Source of the DNA: a virus
Lineage: Duplodnaviria > Caudoviricetes
IMG/VR virus record: IMGVR_UViG_3300011337_000036
Location: 1 to 39,977 of that record
Direction: 5' to 3' (one strand)
Length of the DNA stretch: 39,977 nucleotides
Shown here piece after piece: positions 7,822 to 17,081 of the stretch. The translations under genes were made by a program, and so were the position numbers. The notes beneath the pieces were generated by a model. It was not told where the DNA came from. It did not search any database and saw only the letters and a list, made by a program, of their open reading frames with translations. Numbering within the stretch: position 1 is the stretch's first letter; every line of letters begins with the position of its first letter.

Positions 7822-8231
7822 AGTGTCCGACCTGCAAAGCCTGGGTGGAAGTGAAAGAGACTCGCAGCAAACCCAACAACGAAACGTACCGCCGTTATCA
7901 GTGCGCTAACGAACACACCTTTAGCACCAAGGAAACTTTTGCTGTCTGGGATAACTACCGCAAAAGCGAAAAGCCTGATGAAATTCGCAATCTGCTGCGC
8001 AGCGTACCCACTGGCCTATCTTGCATTCAGATTGGCAAAGTAATTGGAATAACTGAGGGTGACGTGCGAAAGAAATTGAGGGGCATGAACGATGTTTACA
8101 TTACGGAATGGGTTAACCCGCCTCGTCATACCGCGCTATGGTCAGTCGCTGAAAGCGTCAGGGATAAACCATCAAACGCCGCTAGGCCACGCAAGTCTGC
8201 TGAGACACTGCGCCAGTTAGGAGTGGTCTAG
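7818..8231 (+). CDS. Zn-ribbon (Ogr/Delta or NrdR-N-like) plus HTH-like protein, possible transcription regulator
   Basis: MKCPTC...ETR...RRYQCANEHTFSTKE; then LSCIQIGKVIGITEGDVRKKL HTH-like segment. Confidence 0.6.
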   Translation: MKCPTCKAWVEVKETRSKPNNETYRRYQCANEHTFSTKETFAVWDNYRKSEKPDEIRNLLRSVPTGLSCIQIGKVIGITEGDVRKKLRGMNDVYITEWVNPPRHTALWSVAESVRDKPSNAARPRKSAETLRQLGVV

Positions 8232-8234
8232 CTT

Positions 8235-8606
8235 TCAATCAGTGACTCGCCTAAACTCCGGTTTTCCATCTGGATTCCTGGAGAAGTGTGGGGTATCTAC
8301 TAATTTTACCCCATTGCCACCCCATGAGTTAGCTTTATTAAGGCTTTCCCAGTACGCGCCAATGGGCGCCAGCATGGCCTTGTCCCAGATGATTTTTCCA
8401 TCACGGAAGAAATTGAGGTCGGCAGCGCAACGCTTAAGGTGGATGGAGTTCATGGTCTTGCTGCGGCCCGTCTTGAAGTAGATGGCCTGCTGTTCCGGTG
8501 TACGCGCCAGTTCCCCGCCAGTGACCATAAAACCTTGGTCGGTCGCGTACTGCACTAGCTTGCAGAAGTCCAGCAAGAACGCCGCTTGTTCGGTGTTTAG
8601 GCTCAT
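8235..8606 (-). CDS. Endolysin, peptidase M15 family
   Basis: RTPEQQ, SIHLKRCAADL (SxHxxxxAxD), WGG, DTPHF zinc-peptidase motifs. Confidence 0.85.
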   Translation of the reverse strand: MSLNTEQAAFLLDFCKLVQYATDQGFMVTGGELARTPEQQAIYFKTGRSKTMNSIHLKRCAADLNFFRDGKIIWDKAMLAPIGAYWESLNKANSWGGNGVKLVDTPHFSRNPDGKPEFRRVTD

Positions 8607-9115
8607 TTTGCGCTCCTCATCTCAGCCAGCTTCTCGACGGTACGTCCGCCAAAGTACGCACCCATGATGAGCATCCCCCAGTTGCCCAGCAGGGTCACAT
8701 AGGACTCGTTTGCGTTAAGGCCATAGGCTGACATCATGGCAAACAGGAAGTAACCGCAAAAGATAGCTATAAGGCTCATGGGACGGATATTCTTGGACAG
8801 CCAAGAGTCGGAAGACATATCTGCCTCCCAACGGTCTGTGATGTTGTCGGCATCGGCTTGTGCGGCTTTTGCCAGCAGTTCCAGTTCAGCCAACTCCATC
8901 TTGGCCTTCTCAATGCCCAACTCCAGCAGGCGTTCTTCATGGTCGTATTGCAGCTGCCGCAGCTTGGCAACGTCCTCGGGAGTCGGGTTGTCAGGAATCT
9001 TTACGCCCAAGGTGTTTTCCACCACCTCTTTCCCTTTTGCTTGAATGGCGCTAGACAGCAGCCCCAGCCCGTTTTCAGCCAGCGTGCCTAGCAATGCGCC
9101 TAGGATTGGAATCAT
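8603..9115 (-). CDS. Putative holin (3TM GTA-type)
   Basis: DSWLSKNIRP, two C-terminal TM segments, AYFGGRTVEK; adjacent to endolysin. Confidence 0.7.
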   Translation of the reverse strand: MIPILGALLGTLAENGLGLLSSAIQAKGKEVVENTLGVKIPDNPTPEDVAKLRQLQYDHEERLLELGIEKAKMELAELELLAKAAQADADNITDRWEADMSSDSWLSKNIRPMSLIAIFCGYFLFAMMSAYGLNANESYVTLLGNWGMLIMGAYFGGRTVEKLAEMRSAK

Positions 9116-9582
9116 GCGCGTCTCTCCAGAAAGAGGGTTGTGAAAAAGTAGCTCAGCCCGATGGCCGACAAAAATACTGAAATCCAGAAAGCCATACTGA
9201 GCGCTTCCATTATCTGCTGGCGTTTCTTGGCTTTAGCCAGCGCCGCTTCCATCTCTGCCTTCTTGCGCTTCTGGATGATGTTGTTGCGCTCCAGCAGCAC
9301 GCCTTCCCATACATCCGCATTGCCCGACCAAATAAGCATGTTCTTCAGTTCAGTCTCGGCCTCGGCAAGCTGCTTAGCCTGCATCACCGTCTCTAGTGCC
9401 TGTGCGGTATCTGACTTGAACTTCTTGGGGTTGTTCGCCGCCTGCTGAACAACATCCTTGGCTTCAAAAAACTTGCCCAAGTCGGACGCAATGCCCTGAA
9501 CATCCTTGCCTAGCTTGATGGCGGCTTGGATACCCTTTACCGCTGCCTGCGCGGCTGCAAATGCGGTAAATGGGTCTATCAC
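9112..9582 (-). CDS. Coiled-coil protein with C-terminal TM helix in lysis cluster
   Basis: MIDPFTAFAAAQ...; C-terminal FWISVFLSAIGLSYFFTTLFL; ATGA-coupled to holin. Confidence 0.7.
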   Translation of the reverse strand: MIDPFTAFAAAQAAVKGIQAAIKLGKDVQGIASDLGKFFEAKDVVQQAANNPKKFKSDTAQALETVMQAKQLAEAETELKNMLIWSGNADVWEGVLLERNNIIQKRKKAEMEAALAKAKKRQQIMEALSMAFWISVFLSAIGLSYFFTTLFLERRA

Positions 9583-9587
9583 GTTGG

Positions 9588-10229
9588 CTACTCGTACAGG
9601 ATGTTGATGGAGCCAGCGTCAAAGGTGTCACCGCCCGCTGTGGTGATGCGTACACGGTCTAAAACCGCAGCTAAAGTTTTAGAGCCAGCCGATGTAACAA
9701 GGGCGCTTGTGCCACCAGAAGCCCGATTTAACGCGCCCATTTCAGTCCAAATATTTCCAGACACATTAGTTAACACGACAAACCCATTTAGTGTGTCCGT
9801 GCCAGTGTTAATGCCCGCCAAAATAAAAGCGGTCGTAGCAGGCGCATATGTCGCTGCACTAGCCGCTGTGCAACTTCCAATGCCAGAAATGTATCCGCTA
9901 GTTTCTGGGCCGCTACTTGTACCAATCTGTAAATACAGGTTACTTGTACCGCTGGTACTGACTCCATTGAACATAACAGTGATACGTTTCACCCAAGACG
10001 GGATGCCGGTGAAGTCAATGCTAGTTCCGCTAGTAGACGCAACAGCAGTGCCAGAAGTGATAACGCTGGAAGCCATTGAGCTAACTGCCGCACCTGTAAT
10101 TGTTGGGCTGGTAATCGTCTTATTGGTCAGCGTCTGGGTGTCAGTCGTACCGACAACAGCACCGGCAGGGTTGCCAACGCCACCAGCAGGGAATGTGACC
10201 CCAGAAGTTCCGCTAATTGTGGTTGCCAT
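9588..10229 (-). CDS. Tail-fibre tip / putative receptor-binding protein, paralog C
   Basis: T/S/G-rich; TDTQTLTNKT stalk repeat; IPSWVKRIT...FDAGSINILYE domain shared with two neighbours. Confidence 0.7.
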   Translation of the reverse strand: MATTISGTSGVTFPAGGVGNPAGAVVGTTDTQTLTNKTITSPTITGAAVSSMASSVITSGTAVASTSGTSIDFTGIPSWVKRITVMFNGVSTSGTSNLYLQIGTSSGPETSGYISGIGSCTAASAATYAPATTAFILAGINTGTDTLNGFVVLTNVSGNIWTEMGALNRASGGTSALVTSAGSKTLAAVLDRVRITTAGGDTFDAGSINILYE

Positions 10230-10235
10230 AGTGGT

Positions 10236-11060
10236 TTACTCGTAAAGGATGTTGATGGAGCCAGCGTCAAAGGTGTCAGTTCCATTGACTGTGGTAAGTC
10301 GCAAACGGTCAAGAGTGCCACCCAAAGCAAGAGAGCCATTGGCAACCGACACTCGCCCCCCGTCTGTTGCTGAAACATTTGCCGATTCAATCCAAGTATT
10401 GCCTGTAATGTTAACTATGGTAACAATTCCAGTTTGTAAGTTTGTATTCGCTACGATGTTTGTTGTAGCAAAAAATCCTGCTGTAGAAGTTACGCCCGTG
10501 CCGCTTACCCCACTGCTTTGAACAGCTATGCCTGCGCTGACATATCCTGTATTTGTTACAGAGCCTGCGCCTATTTGCAATAAAAAATTACTTGTTCCGC
10601 TTGTAGATACACCTAAAAACATCACCGTAATTCGTTTTACCCAGCTAGGTATGCCTGTGATGTCAATCGTTGCTCCGCTAGTGGTTGCTACCGATGTACC
10701 TTGCACCAACTGCGAACCCGTACCTGGTACAGTGACCGTGGGATACCAAGTGGTGTTTGCCAAGCGGTAGACATAGGACACACCTGTCTTGGCGGGCAGG
10801 AACGTCACCGCGCTAACTACCGATTGCCCAGTGTTCCCGCTAAGAGTCAGCGCCGTAATCTGCTGACTGCTGCTGAACGTAATGGTCATGCCATCCGCAG
10901 GCGAGGCGGGCATCGTGATTGTGCCTGTAGCCAATGTGCCAGCGGGGTTTATCACCAGCACCTGAGTGCCAGCAGCAAACGTGTAGCTAAAGCCCGTGGT
11001 CGGGGTCTGGTAGTCGTAGGACTGGAGCAGCCCGTTTGTGCCTGATAGTACAGCGGTCAT
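10236..11060 (-). CDS. Tail-fibre tip / putative receptor-binding protein, paralog B
   Basis: Same IPSWVKRIT...FDAGSINILYE domain with a different N-terminal domain. Confidence 0.7.
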   Translation of the reverse strand: MTAVLSGTNGLLQSYDYQTPTTGFSYTFAAGTQVLVINPAGTLATGTITMPASPADGMTITFSSSQQITALTLSGNTGQSVVSAVTFLPAKTGVSYVYRLANTTWYPTVTVPGTGSQLVQGTSVATTSGATIDITGIPSWVKRITVMFLGVSTSGTSNFLLQIGAGSVTNTGYVSAGIAVQSSGVSGTGVTSTAGFFATTNIVANTNLQTGIVTIVNITGNTWIESANVSATDGGRVSVANGSLALGGTLDRLRLTTVNGTDTFDAGSINILYE

Positions 11061-11188
11061 TGTTGTGCTTCCTGTTGTGCCGCTGCTTGCGCAGCTAACG
11101 ATGCTTCATATGCAGCAAGCTCTTCGCCTTGCAGTTCAATCTCTTGGACTTCACCCGTCTGAACGTTCACTTCAATTCGTGTTGGCAT
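11057..11188 (-). CDS. Small acidic protein, 43 aa, possible fibre chaperone (not in ORF track)
   Basis: MPTRIEVNVQTGEVQEIELQGEELAAYEASLAAQAAAQQEAQQ*; GAGG RBS; ATGA overlap with next gene. Confidence 0.75.
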   Translation of the reverse strand: MPTRIEVNVQTGEVQEIELQGEELAAYEASLAAQAAAQQEAQQ

Positions 11189-11190
11189 GA

Positions 11191-11823
11191 TTAACCCTCG
11201 TACAAGATGTTGATGGAGCCAGCATCGAAGGTATCTGTACCCGCAACGGTCGTAATACGCACACGGTCAAGTGCGCCAGATAGGGTCACAGTTCCAGAAG
11301 TTATGAGACCAATAGCGGCATTTGAATTTGACAGCGTCCCCGACGCAAGCCATGTGTTTGACCCTAGCAAGGCTACTTGAACAGCCCCTTGTATGACATT
11401 TGACGCTCCATTATTGTTAGGTATACCAAACCCTGTAGTGAAGGCGGTATTTGCAGGAGCGCCCTGTATGTTGCTTCCCGCCCCAAGATACCCGGATGTG
11501 GTAAATGTAGTAGAACCCAACTGCACCAGATAATTTGAAGTCCCGCTAGTGCTAATTAAATTCAACAAAATTGTGATGCGTTTCACCCAAGAAGGAATGC
11601 CGGTGAAGTCAATTGATGTGCCAGACGTAGACGCTACCGCAGTGCCCGATGTAATCGCCCCGCCCTGAATCGTCTTGTTCGTCAGGGTCTGCGTGGCGTC
11701 TGTGCCCACCAGTGTGGTGGTGGCCGTAGGTAGTGTCAGCGTGTAGCTGCTGGCGCTGTTGGGCGAGGCAATGGTGAATACACCAGCCCCCGCTGCATTG
11801 CCTTGGATTGCGACTGAACTCAT
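11191..11823 (-). CDS. Tail-fibre tip / putative receptor-binding protein, paralog A
   Basis: YTLTLP and TQTLTNKT stalk motifs; IPSWVKRIT...FDAGSINILYEG domain. Confidence 0.7.
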   Translation of the reverse strand: MSSVAIQGNAAGAGVFTIASPNSASSYTLTLPTATTTLVGTDATQTLTNKTIQGGAITSGTAVASTSGTSIDFTGIPSWVKRITILLNLISTSGTSNYLVQLGSTTFTTSGYLGAGSNIQGAPANTAFTTGFGIPNNNGASNVIQGAVQVALLGSNTWLASGTLSNSNAAIGLITSGTVTLSGALDRVRITTVAGTDTFDAGSINILYEG

Positions 11824-11832
11824 GGGTTCTCC

Positions 11833-12507
11833 TTAAACAATAGACCAGGTGGAGCCGGTTGGCACGGTCACGGTGATGCCGGTGGCTACAGTCACAGGCC
11901 CGAATGTGCCTGCGTTGTTGCCGCTAGTAATGGTGTAATCCACAGTGACTGTCTGGCCGTTCTCAATGAAGATTTGGTCAGCACCACCGCCAGTAGCACC
12001 ACCACCCAACGCGCCCCAGGCAGAGGCTCCGTAGCCCTCAAACTTGGATATGGTGGAATTGTAGCGAACCATGCCAGTAGCAGGCGTGGGCCGCTGCGCG
12101 GTAGAGCCTACGTTTAGCTTGCTGGCGGTTGTGCCTGTCAGCGTCAGGCTGGTGGCCGACAGCGTAGTAAATGCGCCAGTGTTCGGCGTAGTGCTGCCGA
12201 TGGGTGGCGGGGACGCAAAACTACTCAGGTCAGAGGGCACCGTAATGTTGTCCACCGTGTACAGCAAAACGTCGGTGGCATCCTTGACCACAAACTTGTA
12301 GCTAACAGTGCTGAGTAGCCAGATGTTTGCTTGGCCGTAAGAGTCTAGGATGATGGGGTTGGTGTTAGCAGTCCCAGCCCCGAAATCCGTGTAGGTGGCA
12401 ATCGGCGTTGATGTGCCCGCCTGGTAGGTGTAAATCTTCCCGCCGACCAGCGGAGCGCCGTCAGTGCCAAAGATTTGCTGCTTGGGGGATGGGGTAAGTT
12501 GTGCCAT
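11833..12507 (-). CDS. Tail fibre/spike anchor with virion-binding N-terminal domain
   Basis: GAPLVGGKIYTYQAGT...NTNPIILD...YKFVVKD resembles P22-like tailspike head-binding region; short C-terminal cap ...TVPTGSTWSIV. Confidence 0.7.
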   Translation of the reverse strand: MAQLTPSPKQQIFGTDGAPLVGGKIYTYQAGTSTPIATYTDFGAGTANTNPIILDSYGQANIWLLSTVSYKFVVKDATDVLLYTVDNITVPSDLSSFASPPPIGSTTPNTGAFTTLSATSLTLTGTTASKLNVGSTAQRPTPATGMVRYNSTISKFEGYGASAWGALGGGATGGGADQIFIENGQTVTVDYTITSGNNAGTFGPVTVATGITVTVPTGSTWSIV

Positions 12508-12509
12508 CG

Positions 12510-12731
12510 TTAACCCTTATCTTGTTTGTTGTCCAGCTTGTCAAAAATTTTGCCCAGCATATCCTTGACTTCTTTCATATCGTCGCGGTAATCCTGCCGT
12601 GAGACGTAGAACAAGGGTAGTTTACTCAAGTCTGATTTAAGTTCTTGCACCGCCGTCCACAGTTCACGGGCGAACCATCCAGCAACCGTTAAGGCCGCGC
12701 CAAACATGATGTTAATGAGTTGCTGTTCCAT
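12510..12731 (-). CDS. Small membrane-anchored coiled-coil protein
   Basis: Start MEQQLIN at 12731; N-terminal TM then coiled coil. Confidence 0.7.
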   Translation of the reverse strand: MEQQLINIMFGAALTVAGWFARELWTAVQELKSDLSKLPLFYVSRQDYRDDMKEVKDMLGKIFDKLDNKQDKG

Positions 12732-12732
12732 G

Positions 12733-14553
12733 TTATGGCCGTAGGTTGTTGGTTGTTGTAGATTTAGCGTTAGGAGCCAGCGCGTTGTAGTTCGCCGATT
12801 CCGCAATTTGTTTTTTGAGCGCAGCATTTGCGGCCATTTCACGGGCATTTGCAGCACCTGGGAAACGAAGTTTTACCAAGCTATCAAGTCCGCGCAAAAT
12901 AACATTGCCGGTGTTTGAAGTGTTAATTGCTCGCGGGTCTTTCACCAAGGCATCCTGCACCGTCTGCTTCAAATCAACCAAGGTGTCGCGGCCAGTTTTG
13001 CCAAACATATAGTCCAACTTGCCTTCACGGTCTAAACCTTCTAGCGCAGTCTTTAGCTTGGCAAATGACAATTGACCTGATGCGTTTTTTGTTAGTTGGT
13101 CTTTAAGGTATTGGACAGTCTGGCCCTGCAACTCAGCATATGCTTGTTGCCCTTCTGATCCACCTTTTTTCAATAGCTTTGTGACAGTACGCATTTCTTC
13201 CAAACTGCCATCTAAAACAACGTGCTTGAATACGTCATCTAATGCCACAGCGCGGTCAGCGTAGCCACCTTTTTCACCTAGCAATTTTGCTACTCTGTAA
13301 GTGTCCTCAAATTGCTTACCAAGTTGATTGCGTTGCGCTCTAGCCGCACGATACAAGTCACCGCCAGTGCCTTCTGTGACTTCATTGATAACCTTTTTAA
13401 TGTCACCCATAAATACACCAGATGGATCACCTTTTTTACCAAGCTGCCCAGCAACTTTGTATAAGTTTTCAAGGTCATCAATAGTGACTTGCCCATTCTT
13501 AGCGGCTTTAAGTGTTTCTAGTTTTGCTTTAATTGAGTTAATTTCTGGAACAGCAATTGCCTCTGGCTGCACAAATGTCAGATATTGATCTAACTTTGTA
13601 GTGTCAACTACTTGTTTTGTTTCGCCAGAATCCCGTGCAGCTTGATAGGCTTGATCTACCTTTGCTTTTTTTGCGTCAAATTCTTTAACAATCGCGCTGT
13701 CCACAATGCTTCCGACTTTGCGATATGCCGTAGGGTCAGCGTATTCCGCACCAGTTTCACCTGCCAACTTTTCAAACTGGTCAACAATAGCCTTGCTTTG
13801 AGCCTTTTTCAATTCAATGATTGGCGCAGCCATCTCAGGCTTTTGCTTAACAATGTCAGACTCAAATTGCTGTAGGCCCAACTCAGGCACCTGCTCTCCC
13901 TTGGTCAGCGGTATGCCAAAGCGTTGTGCGCGTTCCTGACGCAACGTAGCGGCAGCAGTCTCAGCGGCACCCATACCAGGCATTACGGCGGCTGGTTGCC
14001 TGCTTGGCAGTGCTGCCAACATGGCGTTTTTGGTTGCGCTTACAGTAGGCTGGACGGTTGCCCTTAATTGATTAACAGCAGGGCCGCCAAGCGCACCAAC
14101 AGATTGCAATGTTCCCATCGGAACACCAACCATGCCGCTTGTAGCCTCGCCAATCGCTTGCGTTAATTGCTGGCCTGTTTCAAAGCGCGGCTGATAGGTC
14201 ATTGCTTGTTGAATGCCTTTTGCGGTAGTCTGATTGACATCCCGCTTGCCGCTATAGATGTCACTTGCAAGCTGGGCCGCAGCAGAAACAGGCATAGCGA
14301 CGGCGCTTGATGCCATTGCGGGAATAGTCTCTAGCGTGCCTAGAATTCTGTCGCTTAACGTAGGCGGTGGCGGTGATGGCAATCCTGTAATGCTGCCAGG
14401 AATCCGACTTGCACCACCCAAATTGATTGACTTGTAAAAGTCACCTTTAGGCATATCCGAATAGAATTTTGCGTGCAACGCATCAGCTAATTGCACGTCA
14501 GGCACATCCGCATATTGCGGGTACTTTTGCCGAATGTCTGCAATAGTTGGCAT
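12733..14553 (-). CDS. Putative DNA ejection / internal virion protein
   Basis: 606 aa helical Ala/Gln/Lys-rich; third of three genes at the P22 gp7-gp20-gp16 position. Confidence 0.65.
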   Translation of the reverse strand: MPTIADIRQKYPQYADVPDVQLADALHAKFYSDMPKGDFYKSINLGGASRIPGSITGLPSPPPPTLSDRILGTLETIPAMASSAVAMPVSAAAQLASDIYSGKRDVNQTTAKGIQQAMTYQPRFETGQQLTQAIGEATSGMVGVPMGTLQSVGALGGPAVNQLRATVQPTVSATKNAMLAALPSRQPAAVMPGMGAAETAAATLRQERAQRFGIPLTKGEQVPELGLQQFESDIVKQKPEMAAPIIELKKAQSKAIVDQFEKLAGETGAEYADPTAYRKVGSIVDSAIVKEFDAKKAKVDQAYQAARDSGETKQVVDTTKLDQYLTFVQPEAIAVPEINSIKAKLETLKAAKNGQVTIDDLENLYKVAGQLGKKGDPSGVFMGDIKKVINEVTEGTGGDLYRAARAQRNQLGKQFEDTYRVAKLLGEKGGYADRAVALDDVFKHVVLDGSLEEMRTVTKLLKKGGSEGQQAYAELQGQTVQYLKDQLTKNASGQLSFAKLKTALEGLDREGKLDYMFGKTGRDTLVDLKQTVQDALVKDPRAINTSNTGNVILRGLDSLVKLRFPGAANAREMAANAALKKQIAESANYNALAPNAKSTTTNNLRP

Positions 14554-14557
14554 GATG

Positions 14558-16309
14558 TTATTTCCGAATTCCTAGTGGATCAGATTCAGATGATGTGCCT
14601 ACGCCAAGGTTTTCAATTGACTTGGCACCTGGCCCAGCTTGCACTTTCATCGCCTTGATTGCTAACTCACGCGCATCTTGTTTTTGCTTGATAACAGCAG
14701 GCAAATCTCCAGGCCGAGGAAAATATAATTTTTCCATCATTGAAAATTCACTTGGTTGAATTGATGCACCAGATTCTTTTCTAAGCACTGCTGAAATAAA
14801 GTTAATGCGCCCGTTCAATACTTGCTGCTGTTCTGGGCTATAGCCACCTAAAACTTCTGGCAAAACATTGTAAATGTTATCTACACCAGAAGTTAATTTG
14901 TCGCCAATCAAAGGAACAAGACCAACCACAGCACCCGTTGTGCCTCCTATAACTCCAGTGTTTGATACGCCCTTGTTTTCTAGGTCTTTAAGCACAGCGT
15001 GAGAGTCTTTCATTCTCATGCCAAACGCCGTAGCGTTGCCCTGAGACTCTGTTAGTCCAGTAGTTTTACCTTTTAATGGAACTCCAACAGTAGGAGCACC
15101 AGCAGGCGCGGCAGCAGGCGCTACCGCAGGTGCGGTAGGAGCCAGGCGGCTATCCGTTACGCCTACTGAGCCACGGCCAACACCAGCCGTTGGCGCGACC
15201 CCGCCAATGCCAGTAAATGGCGCAGCAGATGGTGGGCCGCCTGCGTTAAGGGTAACAGGATAGGCTTGCAAGGTTCTATTGTTGACACCAACAATTGAGC
15301 CGTCTTCAGTCTGCTGAATTGTGAAACCAGGATTAGCTTTTTCCCATGAGAATTTAGCTTGGTCAAACGCAAGGCGCTGAGAAGCCATATCGGTTCCCGT
15401 AAGAACCTTGCCGCCCGCAACAGTAACGGGAGTGCCTTCACCTGTTCGTTTGTCAATTGCAAAATACTTGGTCACACCATTTTGTGTAATTTCTTTAATT
15501 TCTTTACCAGGGTTAGCTTTTTCCCATTCAAATTTAGTTTGGTCAAACGCAAGGCGTTCGTCTTTTGCTTTAATTAATTTGGATGGATTACCTGTTTGCA
15601 TATACGCCGCAAACGAATCAGAAGTGTAGTCTTTCGGGTCAATCTTTGCCAATGGGCTTTTTGCTAGTTCCCTAAACTGATCTACTAACAACTCACGTTC
15701 TTTAGCCCATTTTTTTGACCTTCCATATTGCAAATCACCGTTATCAATTTCCGCTTTAATGCTTTGCGCTGTTGGCGCAACCATAGCATTGACAGGCGCA
15801 GCAGCGGCGGGCGCAAGAGCATTGACAGGCGCAGCAGCAGCGGACGGCGCAACCATTGGCGCAGCATCGCCTATTGGCGCAACCCCGCCACGTTTAGCTG
15901 TGGCATACCTTTGGTCATCTTCAAAATCTTGAATTAGCTGGTACGCATTGGCCATGTGCGTTCCAACATCTTGCACTTCTTTATTTGGGTGCCCAAGCAT
16001 TGCTTTTATAACGCTTAAAGGGTCTTTTGGCGCGGTTCCATTAGAATTTTTTTCTGCCGCATCCATAGTCTTAGCAATAAAATCTTGCGCTTGCACTGCC
16101 CGATCCAACGTCAATTTGGATGATGCTGCCCGAGTCCGCGCCTCCTCCATCCGCAATGGAGCCATCTGCTGATTCTCTTGCATTTGCATCTGTGCAAGCT
16201 GATTCTGAGTGCCAGCGTTAACCACTCCCATAAGTTGGCTGTATTGGGCTAACGGGCTTTCCAACTGAAGCGGTTGCCCAGTTAGCGCAATTCGTGTGTC
16301 TAATGGCAT
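14558..16309 (-). CDS. Putative DNA ejection / internal virion protein
   Basis: 583 aa; Ala/Pro linkers, internal 60-aa repeat; synteny. Confidence 0.65.
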   Translation of the reverse strand: MPLDTRIALTGQPLQLESPLAQYSQLMGVVNAGTQNQLAQMQMQENQQMAPLRMEEARTRAASSKLTLDRAVQAQDFIAKTMDAAEKNSNGTAPKDPLSVIKAMLGHPNKEVQDVGTHMANAYQLIQDFEDDQRYATAKRGGVAPIGDAAPMVAPSAAAAPVNALAPAAAAPVNAMVAPTAQSIKAEIDNGDLQYGRSKKWAKERELLVDQFRELAKSPLAKIDPKDYTSDSFAAYMQTGNPSKLIKAKDERLAFDQTKFEWEKANPGKEIKEITQNGVTKYFAIDKRTGEGTPVTVAGGKVLTGTDMASQRLAFDQAKFSWEKANPGFTIQQTEDGSIVGVNNRTLQAYPVTLNAGGPPSAAPFTGIGGVAPTAGVGRGSVGVTDSRLAPTAPAVAPAAAPAGAPTVGVPLKGKTTGLTESQGNATAFGMRMKDSHAVLKDLENKGVSNTGVIGGTTGAVVGLVPLIGDKLTSGVDNIYNVLPEVLGGYSPEQQQVLNGRINFISAVLRKESGASIQPSEFSMMEKLYFPRPGDLPAVIKQKQDARELAIKAMKVQAGPGAKSIENLGVGTSSESDPLGIRK

Positions 16310-16318
16310 GATTGTTCC

Positions 16319-17038
16319 TTAAGCCAACGAAACGCCTTGTTGTGGCCTTAACATTTGATTTATTGGACTGTTGTAGTTTAGATAGTTGGACAGCCCGCTG
16401 TTAATTGCGTTGTACCCGCCCATGTAACCCGATGCCCTAGCATTGGCTGCGCCCGTGTACCCCTCGGCGGTAGCGTTAGCGCCTTGTATCCCGTAGTTAC
16501 CTATGTTGGTGGCGTTTGTTTGACCAGCCGCGCCTAGAGTGTTGGCAGTCGTTTGGCCCACGCCGGTCAACGATTGCAACGGGCCTAGACGCGCTTGGCG
16601 TTCAGCTTGGTAACGATTAAAAGCGTTGGTGTATTCCTGAGAACCCATGTCCTGCCCGTAACGGGTAGCGGCCTTCATAGCGCCGCCAGAGATTAGCCCG
16701 CCGCGTGCAGCCGCAGAACGCTCTAACGCCTTTTGGCCTTCCGACAATCGGAAAGCGTAGCCTGGGTCAGATTGAAATTGCTCCTGACCAAACGGCGTGT
16801 AACGAGACGCTTGCACCAATTCGGGCAGTGCATTTACGCCAGCTTGGTAGAACGGCTGCTGACGCTGGACGTTTTGTTCGTACTGCTTTTGCTGCAAGTC
16901 TGCCGCATAACGGGATGCAGCCGCTTGTGCTTCAGCCGCTTGTCGTGCAGCGTCAGCTTGCGTATCCGCAGCCCGATTAGAGGAACCCATCCCCAATAAG
17001 CTGCTACCCAAAATGGCTACGGGAGTCATCCAATCCAT
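16319..17038 (-). CDS. DNA ejection protein, P22 gp7-like
   Basis: Hydrophobic Gly-rich N-terminus, Ala/Gln helix, QQPFYQAG, SDPGYAFRL, SAAARGGLISG motifs. Confidence 0.75.
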   Translation of the reverse strand: MDWMTPVAILGSSLLGMGSSNRAADTQADAARQAAEAQAAASRYAADLQQKQYEQNVQRQQPFYQAGVNALPELVQASRYTPFGQEQFQSDPGYAFRLSEGQKALERSAAARGGLISGGAMKAATRYGQDMGSQEYTNAFNRYQAERQARLGPLQSLTGVGQTTANTLGAAGQTNATNIGNYGIQGANATAEGYTGAANARASGYMGGYNAINSGLSNYLNYNSPINQMLRPQQGVSLA

Positions 17039-17081
17039 ATCAAGCCCCTTCGCTCATAATTTGAGCAATATTCTATAAAAC

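Noticed and set aside
9588-11823. Diversity-generating retroelement or invertible shufflon behind the paralogous tips
   Set aside because: No reverse transcriptase or invertase is recognisable, the copies are co-oriented full genes, and differences are not adenine-specific.
17040-17081. Small hairpin GCTCA-TAATT-TGAGC and TAGAAT upstream of the gp7-like gene
   Set aside because: Weak 5-bp stem and no convincing -35; insufficient support.
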